The notes: generated by a model not told the origin, from the sequence alone. Numbered from the stretch's first letter, positions 15,006 to 30,395 are shown. The stretch: DNA of 64,000 nucleotides from Eledone cirrhosa (GCA_964016885.1 OZ024748.1:31868001-31932000), one strand, 5' to 3'. Numbers and translations: made by a program.

Positions 15006-16194
15006 AATTCCATATATGGTCAAAGTGATTGTCACAGGGATTGGTCAAAAGTTAGTAGTTGAGACATAATAATTCTATGATGGCAAATTAGTGGGGAGAA
15101 GACTAGGGCTATAACACCCCACTTGCCGATTTTGCAATGGGTAACCCCTGCTTGCTAAGGGAGACGTAAGATCTTCTTTTATATGTTTTTATCGCTTCCT
15201 CTATATTTCCTTCTTCCCCCCATCCTTCCCTAGTCCTTCCACCCCAGTTCTTTTTCTTTGTCGTCGTCTTCTTCTCGCCCACCCTAGGCAGCCCCTCGGT
15301 CCTTTGTAGCCTCAGTGCCCCCACCCCCTTCCCCTACTCTATGATAGATTTGGCCGAATCCGCTTTTTATAGCAGATATGTTAGACCCCGGATACTTGCC
15401 CCCTTATCCGACCGCTGCGCCTTTTTTCCGTGCCTTCTATATTTCTTAGTGGCATCTTTGCTTTAATTTCTCGTTTATCAGTATTTTTTTTGGGGGGGGG
15501 GATTCTGAATTAATTTTCCGTATTTTACTTTTATCTTCGTACGAACTTTCATGTAGCTTGTATAAGAACTTTAGTATCGTGGCGGTACCCTTAGAGTTAG
15601 TATTAGTATTCTCTTTCGGGACTCTGAATTATTATTTCGTACTAGTTTACTTTTTTGCACGAGGTGGTTGCTGGCCTTGTGCCTGGGGTAGAAACTTTAA
15701 TTATTTCGTTGTAGTTTCTTTAGTTTTTTGGCCTCTCCTTTGTTGACCCGTCACCGTATGATATACGTACTTATACCTCTTAAAAGGGTATTTTTTATTC
15801 CGTCCAACCTAGTATATTTATTTATTTATTTATTTAGCCTAGCAATAGCGATAGACTTAGGTCGTAGTAACCAGAATTTTATTTTTTTTATTTTTTTTTT
15901 ACATTTATTCGCTATTCAACACTCAGTATTTTTTATATTTTTACCCCTCATTGTTCTACCTACTGTTTCGACTTCCACCCCTCCTCCTCCCTAGTATCTT
16001 CTTTGATCTCACGCCCAGCTGTAGCCGGCACTACCAACGCATGAATGGGTCTACTCCACCCCCTCACCCCTTTCTCCTACTGGCAGGTTTAGCTACCCCT
16101 TCCCCCCACTAATTTGCCATCATAAAATTATTATGTCTCAACTACTAACTTTTGACCAATCCCTGTGATAATCGCTTTGACCATATATGGAATT

Positions 16195-16288
16195 ACCCCT
16201 TGAGAAGCTCGGCTATTCAAATACCAGGATAAATTTTCATTTAGTCCAGATTTAGCCGTCGAAACGGCTTGAGCTCAGCCGTCGGGGT
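16195..16288 (+). ncRNA. Type I hammerhead (family G), compensatory U3-A8 core
   Basis: ACCCC-TTGAGAA-gctCGGCTA...TAGCCGtc-GAAA-CGGCT(tgagctc)AGCCG-TC-GGGGT. Confidence 0.82.
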
Positions 16289-16300
16289 CTTACTCGTTCC

Positions 16301-16383
<83 letters not shown>

Positions 16384-16626
16384 TCATTTATTTATGTATA
16401 TGTATGTGTGTACGTATGTATGTGTGTGTATACTTGTGTGTATGTGTATATATGTATATGTATATGTATGTATGTGTATGTAGTTGTGTGTGTATATATA
16501 TATATATATGTGTGTATATGTATATATATGTATATGTATGTGTGTGTGTATGTATATATATGTATATATGTATGTGTGTATATATGTATATATATATATA
16601 TGTATATATATATATGTATATATATA

Positions 16627-16700
<74 letters not shown>

Positions 16701-16749
16701 GGGGGGGGGGGTATATATGTATGTATGTGTATGTATGTGTATGTATATA

Positions 16750-18141
16750 CTCTTTTACTCTTTTACCTGTTTCAGCCATCCGGCTGAGGCCATGCTGGGG
16801 CACCGCCCTTGTTGCTACACATTTTATCTCCAGCCTGTATAGGTTGGCCACTGGTGTAGGAGGGAGTTTGTTGCTGCTTCCCTTAGGTTTCCCTCGTGTC
16901 TTGCTGTGGGCTCATCCGGGATCCTGGATAACAAGGTGTCGAGATGTTTCTTAAAGACATCCACCTCCACGTCATGCAAGTCTCGCAGATGCCTCGGCAG
17001 CCTGTTGAAGAGTTGAGGGCCCTTGAATCCCAGGCTAGTGCAATACCTGCTCCTTATTCTAGATGTGGAAGACGGGACCTTTGGCACCACACAGTGACGT
17101 CCTGTTCGACGGTTGGTCCAGCTCCCAATGCCAAAGTTTGGTGCTAGTCCCTCCAGGATTTTCCACATGTAGATCACTGCGTATCTCTCCCGTCTTCGCT
17201 CCAAGGAGTAGAGGTTCAGTTCCTTCAGCCTCTCCCAGTAGCTTGTCTCCCTCATCTTGGCAATCCTCTTGGTGTAGCTTCGCTGGATTGCCTCAAGCTC
17301 TGTGGTTAGTTTGACACTATGGGGTGACCACAGCTGGGAGCAGTAGTCCAGGCGGCTTAGGACAAAAGTCCTCCACAGTGTCAACATGGTGTCTCGATCT
17401 CTTGTAAGGAAAGTCCTCAAGATCCAGCCAGCGAATCGTCTACATGCTGTCGCCACCTTCATGATGTGTGAAGAAAAAGATGCATCATCGCTCATGTCTA
17501 TGCCCAGGTCTCGTATCGATTTTGACACGGGGATATCGGTCCCTCCTGGTCCTGTGTAGCTGTGTTCCGCTATATTTGTGTTTGTGTTTGCAGGTTTGTA
17601 TTGTAGGGCTTGGAATTTGCCAGCATTAAACTGCATGTTGTTTTCTTCCGCCCATCTGTATATGGCATCCAGATCCTGCTGTAAGAGGGCAGCGTCAGCC
17701 GGGTTTTTGATTGCCTGTGCTACCTTAGTGTCATCAGCATAGCTAGTGAGGGATGTTGTTGCATGCACCACAGAGGGCATGTCCGAGAGAGCCACCAAAA
17801 ACAGTAGTGGTCCCAGGACTGTCCCCTGAGGCACCCCACTTGTTATTGGTGTTAGCTTTGAGAGGGTCCCATTTGATGCGACTGCCTGGCTTCTGTCCCT
17901 TAGGAAGCCATGCAGCCACTCACCTACTTTTCCAGTTATGCCGAGTCCGTGTAGTTTGTGACATATCATTCCGTGGTCGACCTTGTCAAAGGCCTTCGCA
18001 AAGTCAAGATATATCACGTCTACATGTGAGCTGTCTAGTAGTTGTCTCAGTACCCAGTCGTAGTGATGTAGCAGCTGTGTAAGGCAGCTTCTTCCTGGGC
18101 GGAAGCCATGTTGCGTGCTAGTCAGGCGGTCATTTTCTTCA
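16750..18141 (-). mobile_element. 5'-truncated CR1-group LINE with open RT frame (16824-18140) and short (GTAAAAGA)n tail
   Basis: [63 protein letters not shown]; the ORF N-terminus is only microsatellite read-through. Confidence 0.93.
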
Positions 18142-18237
18142 TGAATGTGTATATATGTATATATATGTATATATATGTATATATATATATATGTGTGTAT
18201 GTATGTGTGTATATATATATATATATATATGTGTGTG

Positions 18238-18268
<31 letters not shown>

Positions 18269-18413
18269 GTCTGTGTATATGTATGTGTCTGTATATATAT
18301 ATATATATATACAAATATATGTATGTATGGTGTACGTGTGTATATATATGTGTGTGTATGTGTGTGTATATATGTATATATGTATATATGTATATATGTA
18401 TATATGTGTATAC

Positions 18414-18463
<50 letters not shown>

Positions 18464-18472
18464 ATGTATATG

Positions 18473-18549
<77 letters not shown>

Positions 18550-18623
18550 GTATGTATATATATATATATGTATATATATATATGTATATATATAATACTG
18601 TGAGAGCCCTGGTTTGCGGCTGA

Positions 18624-18704
18624 GCTCTGCTGATGAATGAAATCCAACCGTGACCATCTCCACTGAAAGTTTTCATGAAATAGTCTTTTAAGACTATACA
18701 GAGC
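18624..18704 (+). ncRNA. Type I hammerhead ribozyme (family H), copy 1
   Basis: GCTCTG-CTGATGA-ATGAAA...TTTCAT-GAAA-TAGTCTT(tt)AAGACTA-TA-CAGAGC; predicted cleavage after 18698. Confidence 0.92.
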
Positions 18705-19253
18705 ATTTGATGTTATTCCAAATTGAAGGATAAGTATTTTGAACTTTATTTTATCATGAGTTAAAGGTCTATTGATTTTTCCCTGGATTGCACTAAATTC
18801 TGTGGATGAATTTGTATCCTGATTCTCTTTTGAGATGAGTTTAAATTATTTTTCCTAAATCTTACGTTAACTACTTTTCCCATCTTCACGTTATAGTCGC
18901 ATATATGTTATAGAATGCTGTTAGCTTCTCGCTAAAACCATCTCTATAGCTCTCATTTATATTTATACTCGGATTCTTTTCCTAGAGTGCTTAAACTATC
19001 TGTGACTAATCCCGGTTTTTTTCATAAAAACTGTGATAATTATTGCTATTTTTGCTGAACTCCTTTTGTAGATTTTTTTTCAGAATGTATTTGACTGTTA
19101 TTTCTTGTAAATAAACATTCACTTACATCCTGACGTCACTAGCCCCGTTTTTCCCCATGTGCTTTTTCATAACTACACATGTTGGCGAACTAGCCAGTTT
19201 TAGAATTCCCTTTTTCGGATTATAATACTGTGAGAGCCCTGGTTTTCGGCTGA

Positions 19254-19334
19254 GCTCTGCTGATGAATGAAATCCAACCGTGACCATCTCCACTGAAAGT
19301 TTTCATGAAATAGTCTTTTAAGACTATACAGAGC
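19254..19334 (+). ncRNA. Type I hammerhead ribozyme (family H), copy 2
   Basis: Same as copy 1; predicted cleavage after 19328. Confidence 0.92.
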
Positions 19335-19882
19335 ATTTGATGTTATTCCAAATTGAAGGATAAGTGTTTTGAACTTTATTTTATCATGAGTTAAAGGTCT
19401 ATTGATTTTTCCCTGGATTGCACTAAATTCTGTGGATGAATTTGTATCCTGATTCTCTTTTGAGATGAGTTTAAATTATTTTTCCTAAATCTTACGTTAA
19501 CTACTTTTCCCATCTTCACGTTATAGTCGCATATATGTTATAGAATGCTGTTAGCTTCTCGCTAAAACCATCTCTATAGCTCTCATTTATATTTATACTC
19601 GGATTCTTTTCCTAGAGTGCTTAAACTATCTGTGACTAATCCCGGTTTTTTTCATAAAAACTGTGATAATTATTGCTATTTTTGCTGAACTCCTTTTGTA
19701 GATTTTTTTCAGAATGTATTTGACTGTTATTTCTTGTAAATAAACATTCACTTACATCCTGACGTCACTAGCCCCGTTTTTCCCCATGTGCTTTTTCATA
19801 ACTACACATGTTGGCGAACTAGCCAGTTTTAGAATTCCCTTTTTCGGATTATAATACTGTGAGAGCCCTGGTTTTCGGCTGA

Positions 19883-19963
19883 GCTCTGCTGATGAATGAA
19901 ATCCAACCGTGACCATCTCCACTGAAAGTTTTCATGAAATAGTCTTTTAAGACTATACAGAGC
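19883..19963 (+). ncRNA. Type I hammerhead ribozyme (family H), copy 3
   Basis: Same as copy 1; predicted cleavage after 19957. Confidence 0.92.
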
Positions 19964-20761
19964 ATTTGATGTTATTCCAAATTGAAGGATAAGTGTTTTG
20001 AACTTTATTTTATCATGAGTTAAAGGTCTATTGATTTTTCCCTGGATTGCACTAAATTCTGTGGATGAATTTGTATCCTGATTCTCTTTTGAGATGAGTT
20101 TAAATTATTTTTCCTAAATCTTACGTTAACTACTTTTCCCATCTTGACGTTATAGTCGCATATATGTTATAGAATGCTGTTAGCTTCTCGCTAAAACAAT
20201 CTCTATACCTCTCATTTATATATATATATATATTTGTGTATGTGTGTGTGTGTGTATATATATGTATATGTGTAAGTGTGTGTGTTTATGGGTGCGCGCG
20301 AGTGTGTGAGTGAGTGTGTTTTCGGAATGTGTCCGTTGATTTTTGGCATATAGTTGAATAGTTTAATAGAAATTTGAGGATAATTGTAAGATATGCACTC
20401 AATATTTTGAATTTGTCTACAGAAATCTCTAAACCTTTGTTAATTTGAGAATTTAGCTATTAAAGAATCTCCCTTTCCTTTAAATCTATCTGCCATGACT
20501 GACCCCCACTGATCTTATAGACACCTGTTAGCTTAAGAGAAAGTTAATAATAAGGAGTGGCATGCCATCCTGAACCTGTTTATGGAATTCTTTCTGCCTT
20601 TGTTACTCTAAAAATAAAAATAAAAATAAATGATAGCTTTGTAGAATTAGCTTTTAATGAATTCCCTTTTCTATCAACCAATGACCTACACCCATCCCAC
20701 TCCCCACCCTCTCCTACCACTTGTAGAGACCTATAAATACCATACTTATTTTTTGATACCC

Positions 20762-20812
20762 AGATTCCTGATGATTTCTAAAGAATGAAACAGTTCTAGT
20801 CCTGTAGAATCT
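20762..20812 (+). ncRNA. Type I hammerhead ribozyme (family B)
   Basis: AGATTC-CTGATGA-tTTC(taaa)GAAt-GAAA-CAG(ttctagtc)CTG-TA-GAATCT; stem I covaries relative to the 3845 copy. Confidence 0.88.
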
Positions 20813-20891
20813 CATCTATATTAAAACTATATATATATATATATATATTGTATATATATATAATATATATTGTATATATATATATATATAT

Positions 20892-20941
<50 letters not shown>

Positions 20942-20955
20942 ATATATATATATAT

Positions 20956-21110
<155 letters not shown>

Positions 21111-21155
21111 ATATATATATATATATATATATATTGTATATATATATATATATAT

Positions 21156-21221
<66 letters not shown>

Positions 21222-21302
21222 ATATATATATATATTGTATATATATATATATATTGTATATATATATATATATATATTGTATATATATATATATATATAT
21301 AT

Positions 21303-21378
<76 letters not shown>

Positions 21379-21413
21379 ATATATATATATTGTATATATA
21401 TATATATATATTG

Positions 21414-21534
<121 letters not shown>

Positions 21535-21643
21535 GTATATATATATATATCGTATATATATATATTGTATATATATATATATATTGTATATATATATATA
21601 AATATAGTATATATATATATATATAGTATATATATATAGTAAA

Positions 21644-21760
21644 GGCGTGTGGCTGCGTGGTTAGAGAATTGGATTCGCGATCGTAAGGTTGTGAGTTCGA
21701 TTCCTGGACCAGGCGATGCGTTATGTCCTTGAGCAAGACACTTTATTTCACGTTGCTCCT
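21644..21760 (+). mobile_element. tRNA-derived SINE 5' part
   Basis: A-box-like TGGCTGCGTGG, B-box GAGTTCGATTCC, followed by gtccttgagcaagacactt. Confidence 0.8.
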
Positions 21761-21949
21761 TCTACCTGGAGTTGCGACCGATAGATAGTATTAGCAATTG
21801 GAAAGACCAACGGAAACATTGTTCCCTCGGTCCGATTTGACGAAAGTCGATCGTTCCTGTAAAAATATATAGTAAATATATATATATATAGTATATATAT
21901 ATATATATTTTATATATATAGTTATGTAATAAACAACATAAGGTAATTA

Positions 21950-22010
21950 TTTCATTTACCAGTGGTTTCTTAAAAGCAAACACATTTAGCTTGCAATCAT
22001 CAGAATGAAA
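21950..22010 (-). ncRNA. Type I hammerhead (family I), probable 3' HHR of the PLE at 26.5-28.0 kb
   Basis: Minus strand TTTCATT-CTGATGA-ttGCAAGC(taaatgt)GTTTGCttttaa-GAAA-CC(act)GG-TA-AATGAAA. Confidence 0.8.
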
Positions 22011-22620
22011 AAATCCTAGTGTATTTATTGGCATTGGATTTTATAAACAAAAATATAATCTATATGAAAGTGAGGCTGGAAAAGGAAGAAGGAAAGGAAA
22101 AATAAACACACATGCACACGCACACACACACACACACACAATTATATACATACACATATATATATATACATACACACATACATACACACACACATACACA
22201 CACACACACACATATATATGTGTATATATATACATACACATACATATACACATACATACATACACACATAATTATCAACATATCCATACATACACATACA
22301 TACAAATACACAAACATGCATACACACACACATACATGCATATATATATATATACAAACATATATAAACATACATTCACACACATACATATATATACACA
22401 CATATATATATATATATACATACTTATACATACATATATACATACACATACATACATACACACAATCATACATATATACACACGTACATACATACACATG
22501 CATACACACATATATACACGCATACATACGCATGCACAAATATAGAAATATGTACACACACCTACATACTCACACACACAAATAATTATCAGAAAAAACA
22601 TAATAATAAAAATACCGTCA

Positions 22621-23439
22621 TCTATATATATAAAACTGTGGTTGTCTGTCTGTCTATCGATTTTTGGCACACATCTCCTCTTAGAATCTCTCACGGAATT
22701 GCACCGAAATTGCTATACTTGTACATTGTACGAAGACATCGGAAAAAAAAATATTTCAAATTCACCCACCCTATGTGACGAAATCGAATATAATGTATCG
22801 ATTTTTGAGCGTAAGTTATCAGTTATTTCCCTTTGTTCTGTTTACATTGAGCGTCTTACGTAAAAAATTACGCTGGCTTTAACAGTTGTCGAGCCAGCAA
22901 AATATTGACCTGCAAAATTCATCAGTTCGAACACTAAGCTTCCGTTTTGCTTCATTTCCATTTAAAAGCATTTTAAAACAATATTTTTATTTGAAAACAA
23001 GTCTATTTAAAGACTACGTAAAACAAGCAAATATTTCGTCGTTAGGCGTGCAGACAGACAGTCGTGCAGAGAGGTGATATAGGCGTGCAGACAGACAGTC
23101 GTGCAGAGAGGTGATATAGGCGTGCAGACAGACATAACTGATAATTTGGTTACGCTAATGTTTTTCTCTGCGTTGCAGTGTTTACATTTTCGATCTTTGT
23201 TAATAAATAACCAGTGCAGTTTCTATCCCCAGCATCCTCTTTTGTTATAACATTCGGGTTATCGTTATGTTTTCTTAACTTCATAAGGCATATTGTTGGT
23301 TGAGGGAATATTAATCAAAAACACCACATGCAAGTCTGCACAGTAGACACTACAGTTTTTAAGCCAAGAAAGAAACTTAACATTGTAACTTTAACACAGC
23401 TACTGAGCGACCCCGAGCAACGCCGGGCTTTACTGCTAG
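22621..23439 (+). mobile_element. Non-autonomous Helitron (819 bp)
   Basis: Inserted between A and T; 5' TCTATATATATAAAA; GC hairpin CCCGAGCAACGCCGGG 8 nt before terminal CTAG; internal 37-bp tandem repeat near 23044-23133. Confidence 0.85.
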
Positions 23440-23479
23440 TATAAGTATAAAAATGAATATAAAAATAAATATAAAAATT

Positions 23480-23675
23480 ATTATAATGTTGACAGCACAA
23501 GGCCAGCAATTACCCAGTGCATTACTGGTACTTTATTTTATCGACCCCGTAAGGATGAAAGGCGAGGTTGACTTTGCCTTTCATCCTTACGGGGTCGATA
23601 AAATAAAGTACCAGTAATGCACTGGTAATTGCTGGCCTTGTGCCTAAAGTAGAAACAATTATAATGTTGACAGCA
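23480..23675. mobile_element. Fold-back SINE 3' fragment flanked by 18-bp direct repeats
   Basis: attataatgttgacagca at 23480 and 23658; inside are inverted copies of gcctttcatccttacggggtcgataaaataaagtaccag. Confidence 0.82.
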
Positions 23676-24139
23676 ATACAGGCAACAATTAAATGAACTA
23701 ACACACGTGGTAAGCAATACACGCAATTACACATACACATACATATGTAAAAATAAATACACACACACACACACAAACACATACATATACATATACATAT
23801 ACACATACATACACATACACATATACATATACACACACACACATATATACATATATACATAGTATTAAGGATACTATTTATGGTTATGTATATACTAAAA
23901 CTTGTTATAGTTATATATATTTTAAACCCTAAACAGTGAAAGACAGTAATTTATTACTACCTTATTACCAGTATTGACAGCGATACAGGCAACAAATAAA
24001 TGAACAAACACACGTGGTAAGCAAAACACACAATTGCACGTACACATACGTACGTAAAAATAAATACATACACACACTCTCACACATACACGTACATATA
24101 CAATTACATATTCACATACATACGCATACACATATATAT

Positions 24140-24172
<33 letters not shown>

Positions 24173-24379
24173 AGTATATACACGTACATACATATATGTA
24201 TACAGACGTACAGTTGTATGTATATATATACATATACATACATGCACACATATATATATGTAGGTATGGATTCACTGAACATTTATGATAATACTCGGTG
24301 TGTTTGTAAACAAACATCTCGTATTAAGCCATAGTGTCTAGCAACCATCGTTGCTCGTTTGTTCAACACTGACAAAGGA

Positions 24380-24422
24380 ACGCTGTACTAGTTTCAAGCT
24401 TATTATCTATCGTCAACAACGT
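24380..24422 (-). ncRNA. Degenerate hammerhead (family D), uncompensated C3U
   Basis: Minus strand ACGTTG-TTGACGA-...-GAAA-CTAG-TA-CAGCGT. Confidence 0.68.
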
Positions 24423-24810
24423 AAACCTTCCTGCCAGATTGTTGAACGTATATACTTACCTTACCTTATGCATATTAACGGCTGAGTAGCCCAATTTGCA
24501 TATCGAGTGGGTTAATCGGCCGGGTGCACCGAAAACCATAAACGGAAAAAATGAAACGAAATTTCATTTCCAACTCTTAGTACGGCTGTTACTTAAATAT
24601 AAGTATATACACGTACATACATATATGTATACAGACGTACAGTAGTATGTATATATATATACATACATGCACACATATATATATATATGTACGTATGGAT
24701 TCACTGAACATTTATTATAATATTCGGTGTGTTTGTAAACAAACATCCCGTATTAAGCCGTACAGTATCTAGCAACCATCGTTGCTCATTTGTTCAACAC
24801 TGACAAAGGA

Positions 24811-24853
24811 ACGCTGTACTAGTTTCAAGCTTATTAGCTATCGTCAGCAACGT
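24811..24853 (-). ncRNA. Minimal type I hammerhead (family D), canonical
   Basis: Minus strand ACGTTG-CTGACGA-tAGCT(aata)AGCTt-GAAA-CTAG-TA-CAGCGT. Confidence 0.88.
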
Positions 24854-24974
24854 ATACCTTCCTGCCAGACTACTGTACGTCTGTATACATATATGTATGT
24901 ACGTATACATACTTATATTTAAGTAACAGCCGTACTAAGAGTGATAAATGAAATTTCGTTTCATTTTTTCCGTT

Positions 24975-25040
<66 letters not shown>

Positions 25041-25340
25041 CACACACATACATACACACATATATACACGCATACATACGCACACATATATAGATTTATA
25101 TACACACCTACATACGCACACACAATTAATTATAAGAAAAAATAAAAAAAACAATGAACAACCATATAATGCATTAGGCTATCACATACAACTAAAAAAT
25201 TAAAAAATAAGACTTAAGAAAATATAAATCATTATTAAGTTGACAGCAATACAGGAAATGACACAAATAAAAATTAATAAACAAACACACGTGGTAAGCA
25301 TTACTCACATATACACATACATACATATAAATATATACAT

Positions 25341-25430
<90 letters not shown>

Positions 25431-25634
25431 ATACATAAATATTATATATATATATAAATAAAAAGGTGGAAGGGGTAAACAAATAATAAATAAATACATA
25501 GATAAAGGTATAAATGTTTATAGCTGATTTAGAGCATTAAACAAGTTCCTGGAGCAAATAATTAATGAAAATAAACATTAAATCACTCTGTATGTAATTA
25601 TGCATATACATACACACATACAAACACACACACT

Positions 25635-25666
<32 letters not shown>

Positions 25667-25718
25667 GGAAAAAGTATGACCCCGACGGCAGAGCTCAAGC
25701 CGTTTCGACAGCTATTAT

Positions 25719-25767
<49 letters not shown>

Positions 25768-25949
25768 ATTAGTACATCTACCAACATATGTGTACAGATG
25801 TACACTCATGCTAGCAAATATATAAGTTATGTCTTAATACCTATTTTTTCAGTGCTCCGGAATCTAGTCCTCGCTAGCTTCATTCCATCTACTGAATTAT
25901 TATTTTTATATGGGTTCCGCACATTGCCTGGGAACTTAGCTGAGAATAG

Positions 25950-26035
25950 ACTCCCTGATGACGTAATGAATTCTCTATAGTTATATATATTATGTAACTA
26001 TATTTATCCCATTACAGAAACTAATTAGTTGGAGT
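25950..26035 (+). ncRNA. Type I hammerhead (family J)
   Basis: ACTCC-CTGATGA-cGTAATG...CATTACa-GAAA-CTAATTAG-TT-GGAGT; a truncated 3' half also lies at ~13471-13505 on minus. Confidence 0.82.
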
Positions 26036-26110
26036 GAAAATTTTAGTAAGTAAGTTGATTTTTAATTTTTAAAATTTTCTTATTTTACGTCTTTCATATA
26101 TATATATATG

Positions 26111-26159
<49 letters not shown>

Positions 26160-26543
26160 TAATATACACACACACATATATACAAAAAGTTACATCACCA
26201 CGATAATAAAAATACACACACACATATAAACACACTCACAAATATATATACATACATATACATACAGATATATATAACATTATATACACATATATACATA
26301 CATATATATATACACATATACACAATACATACATACACATAGAAATAAATATCTATTAATAAAAAAGGTGGGTATGTAAAGGGTAAGGTAGAAAGTAGGG
26401 GGAATAAGGAAAATAAATAACATAGGAAAAAGTTTAAATATAAGGGGAGATAAGGGAGAAAAAGAATATAAGGGTACAGAAAATGAGTTCAGAGATTAAT
26501 AAAAATCGTAGTGGATGTAAGGCGTAAAGAGCAGAGAAGATGT

Positions 26544-28155
<1,612 letters not shown>

Positions 28156-28233
28156 CGACTAAAATCCGGAGGGGGGTTGATAAGAATAATATATGTATAT
28201 ATAAGCCGTAAGCAACTATTTATTAAAATAATG

Positions 28234-28283
28234 AGTTTCAGAAGATCCCGTTAGGGGTGAAAGCAATGATTCTTTACTTAAAG
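28234..28283 (+). ncRNA. Degenerate hammerhead-like motif (family K, CAGAAGA)
   Basis: AGTTT-CAGAAGA-tCCC(gttag)GGGt-GAAA with mismatched stem III. Confidence 0.5.
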
Positions 28284-30209
28284 AGAGAGAGAAGAAGAAT
28301 GATATTTTGACGGTCTTCAAGTTTATTCCGAAGTCTGTACAAAAGGCTTGCTGTTGATTGTATAACTAAACTTTGGAGATTTTAAACAAAAAAAACTAAG
28401 TTGCAGTGGATAATATTACTGCTATTTCTAGCAGTCAGAGAGACTACGTAGGGGTTCTTTTATTGATATATAATTGATATTTTACTGACTGATGCTTTCT
28501 GATTTACAATTAATGAAATACGATTGGAACTGTGTCTGAATTTATTAAATTATATCAGGGACCTTTAACGTACGACACCGGTGCGAGAGTTGAAAGATTG
28601 TCAACGATACCGGGTACCTGCTGTCTCCATTATAACTTTAATTAATCTAATTATATCTTGTGAAACAATTATATATATATATATATATATACACAATTTT
28701 AATTCCCCGACATCAGTCTTACACTGTCATATCTATTCTTACTTTACAATTGTGTCTACTAAGAGTTCCATTACAATCTGTAGTAGTAAAACTACGATTT
28801 AACCAGAACATCTGCTATCAGTCATTTATAGAAAAAATATATATTTTAGACCACATATCAACCTAATATATATATATATTTCCCATCAAATCTCTGGCTA
28901 AATAAATATCTTCAAGGTAATAAATAAATATTTTCAAGGTAATTCAACAATATTTATCATTATTACGTTTTATTCACTAATGTATTATGTTTTATTTTAA
29001 AAAAATTTCTGACTATCTTTTCTATATTTTGTGTTATAAACCGTCTAGAAATTGTTATTCATACCAGGCCAGGAAATATAAGTTAAATATACAAATGTGA
29101 TTATATACACGTCAATATATATATATTTAATGAAAGGTATAATGAAAATTAGAATGATTATATGTGGTTATGTGAAATGATTATAACAATCATAATAATG
29201 AATAAATGTAATAACGAGAAATAGGAATATAAGAATATATGAATATAAGAATACTTGATTTGGTTATATATAGCTTACTTCACGTGAATCAATTAAAAGT
29301 TACAATAAACAAGTTACCATAAGTTGCAAAGATTGACAATATTACTTTGTTGTTGATGTGTAGGCTGTTGTAGTCTGTTGTTGTTTCTGTGAAAACAGCG
29401 AGCGATAGGTAATTGTTGTTGTTGTTGGAATTTGGAGACCGTGGTAGTAGTTGTTAGACCGTGTTAGTAAGAGAGTATGGTGTGTATATCACTGAATGGT
29501 CTGTAGTAACTGAGAAATACCGTGAACTGCATACATCGGTGAATCTTCCACATTTGTGTTCTGTATAGCAAGGTTCCAATCGCTCTGGGTGTATCTGTAG
29601 ACATCATGGGGTCTGTTGAATAGTGGTAAATCTTTACATATTTCGTTCTGTAGTGGGGTGCTCCGATGTCTCTGTCTGTAGACCACTGGGCGTCTATTGA
29701 TAGCAGTAAATCCTTACATATTAGTTGTGTATCCTAACGCTTCGATATCTGTGTCTGATAGCTTGATACCGGGTCTATATATAGCTGTCACTTCCTGTCC
29801 CCCAACCTGAGGGGACAGCCCACGCATGAACTTGTTAACACAATAAATATGGTGACCTAAATTTGATCTCTAGGTATCACCTAAACTTCAATGCGCGGAC
29901 AGATTTTGCTACATATATATATATACATGGATAATGTGTAGAAAAATATAAATATATATATTTACTATTATATATGTAGTAATAAACACAGTAAATTGTG
30001 TGTTTAAAATTACGAGGGTAGACAGACCACGTTGGTTTGACAGATTTAATCTTATCGATAATGGACAATATATTAACTTATACCTCCACATCTAATGTAC
30101 ACACTCGTAATATATAAATGTATAGATATATGTATATATATATTTATGTATTTATATATTTTATATATACAAATGTCCGTGTTCATATGTGTATGTATGT
30201 ACCTTTATG

Positions 30210-30283
<74 letters not shown>

Positions 30284-30395
30284 TACCTAGGTATAGGAAT
30301 ATATGTGGATGCATCAATCTAAATATGTTTGTGTATGTATAATTGTTTCGTGTGTATGTATATATATATATATATATATAAATAAATATATATAT

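Larger units (their letters stand above)
14819..16303. mobile_element. Non-coding PLE-type pseudo-LTR insertion with ~200-bp inverted arms carrying family G HHRs
   Basis: ~14897-15098 mirrors ~16103-16303; flanked by (TA)n. Confidence 0.75.
18591..20220 (+). repeat. Tandem array of 630/629-bp non-coding units (~2.6 copies), one HHR each; retrozyme-like
   Basis: tataatactgtgagagccc at 18591, 19221 and 19850; near-identical units; flanked by (TA)n. Confidence 0.95.
8260..20827. mobile_element. Head-to-head inverted PLE (core 11835-13021) whose microsatellite-rich 3' arms extend to HHR pseudo-LTRs at ~8.3 and ~20.8 kb, with nested insertions
   Basis: 8326-8935 is the reverse complement of 20228-20827; ~11640-12088 mirrors 12768-13210; distinctive microsatellite variants mirror (10861 vs 14745, 10785 vs 16385, 9001 vs 18460). 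Confidence 0.78.
24170..24975 (-). mobile_element. Second locus of family D ~430-bp HHR tandem unit (~1.6 copies plus short inversion)
   Basis: Homologous to 5821-6800; HHRs 431 bp apart. Confidence 0.85.

Noticed and set aside
29260-29840. Possible solo LTR on minus (TGTTA start, TATA box)
   Set aside because: No target-site duplication, second copy or clear PBS/PPT.
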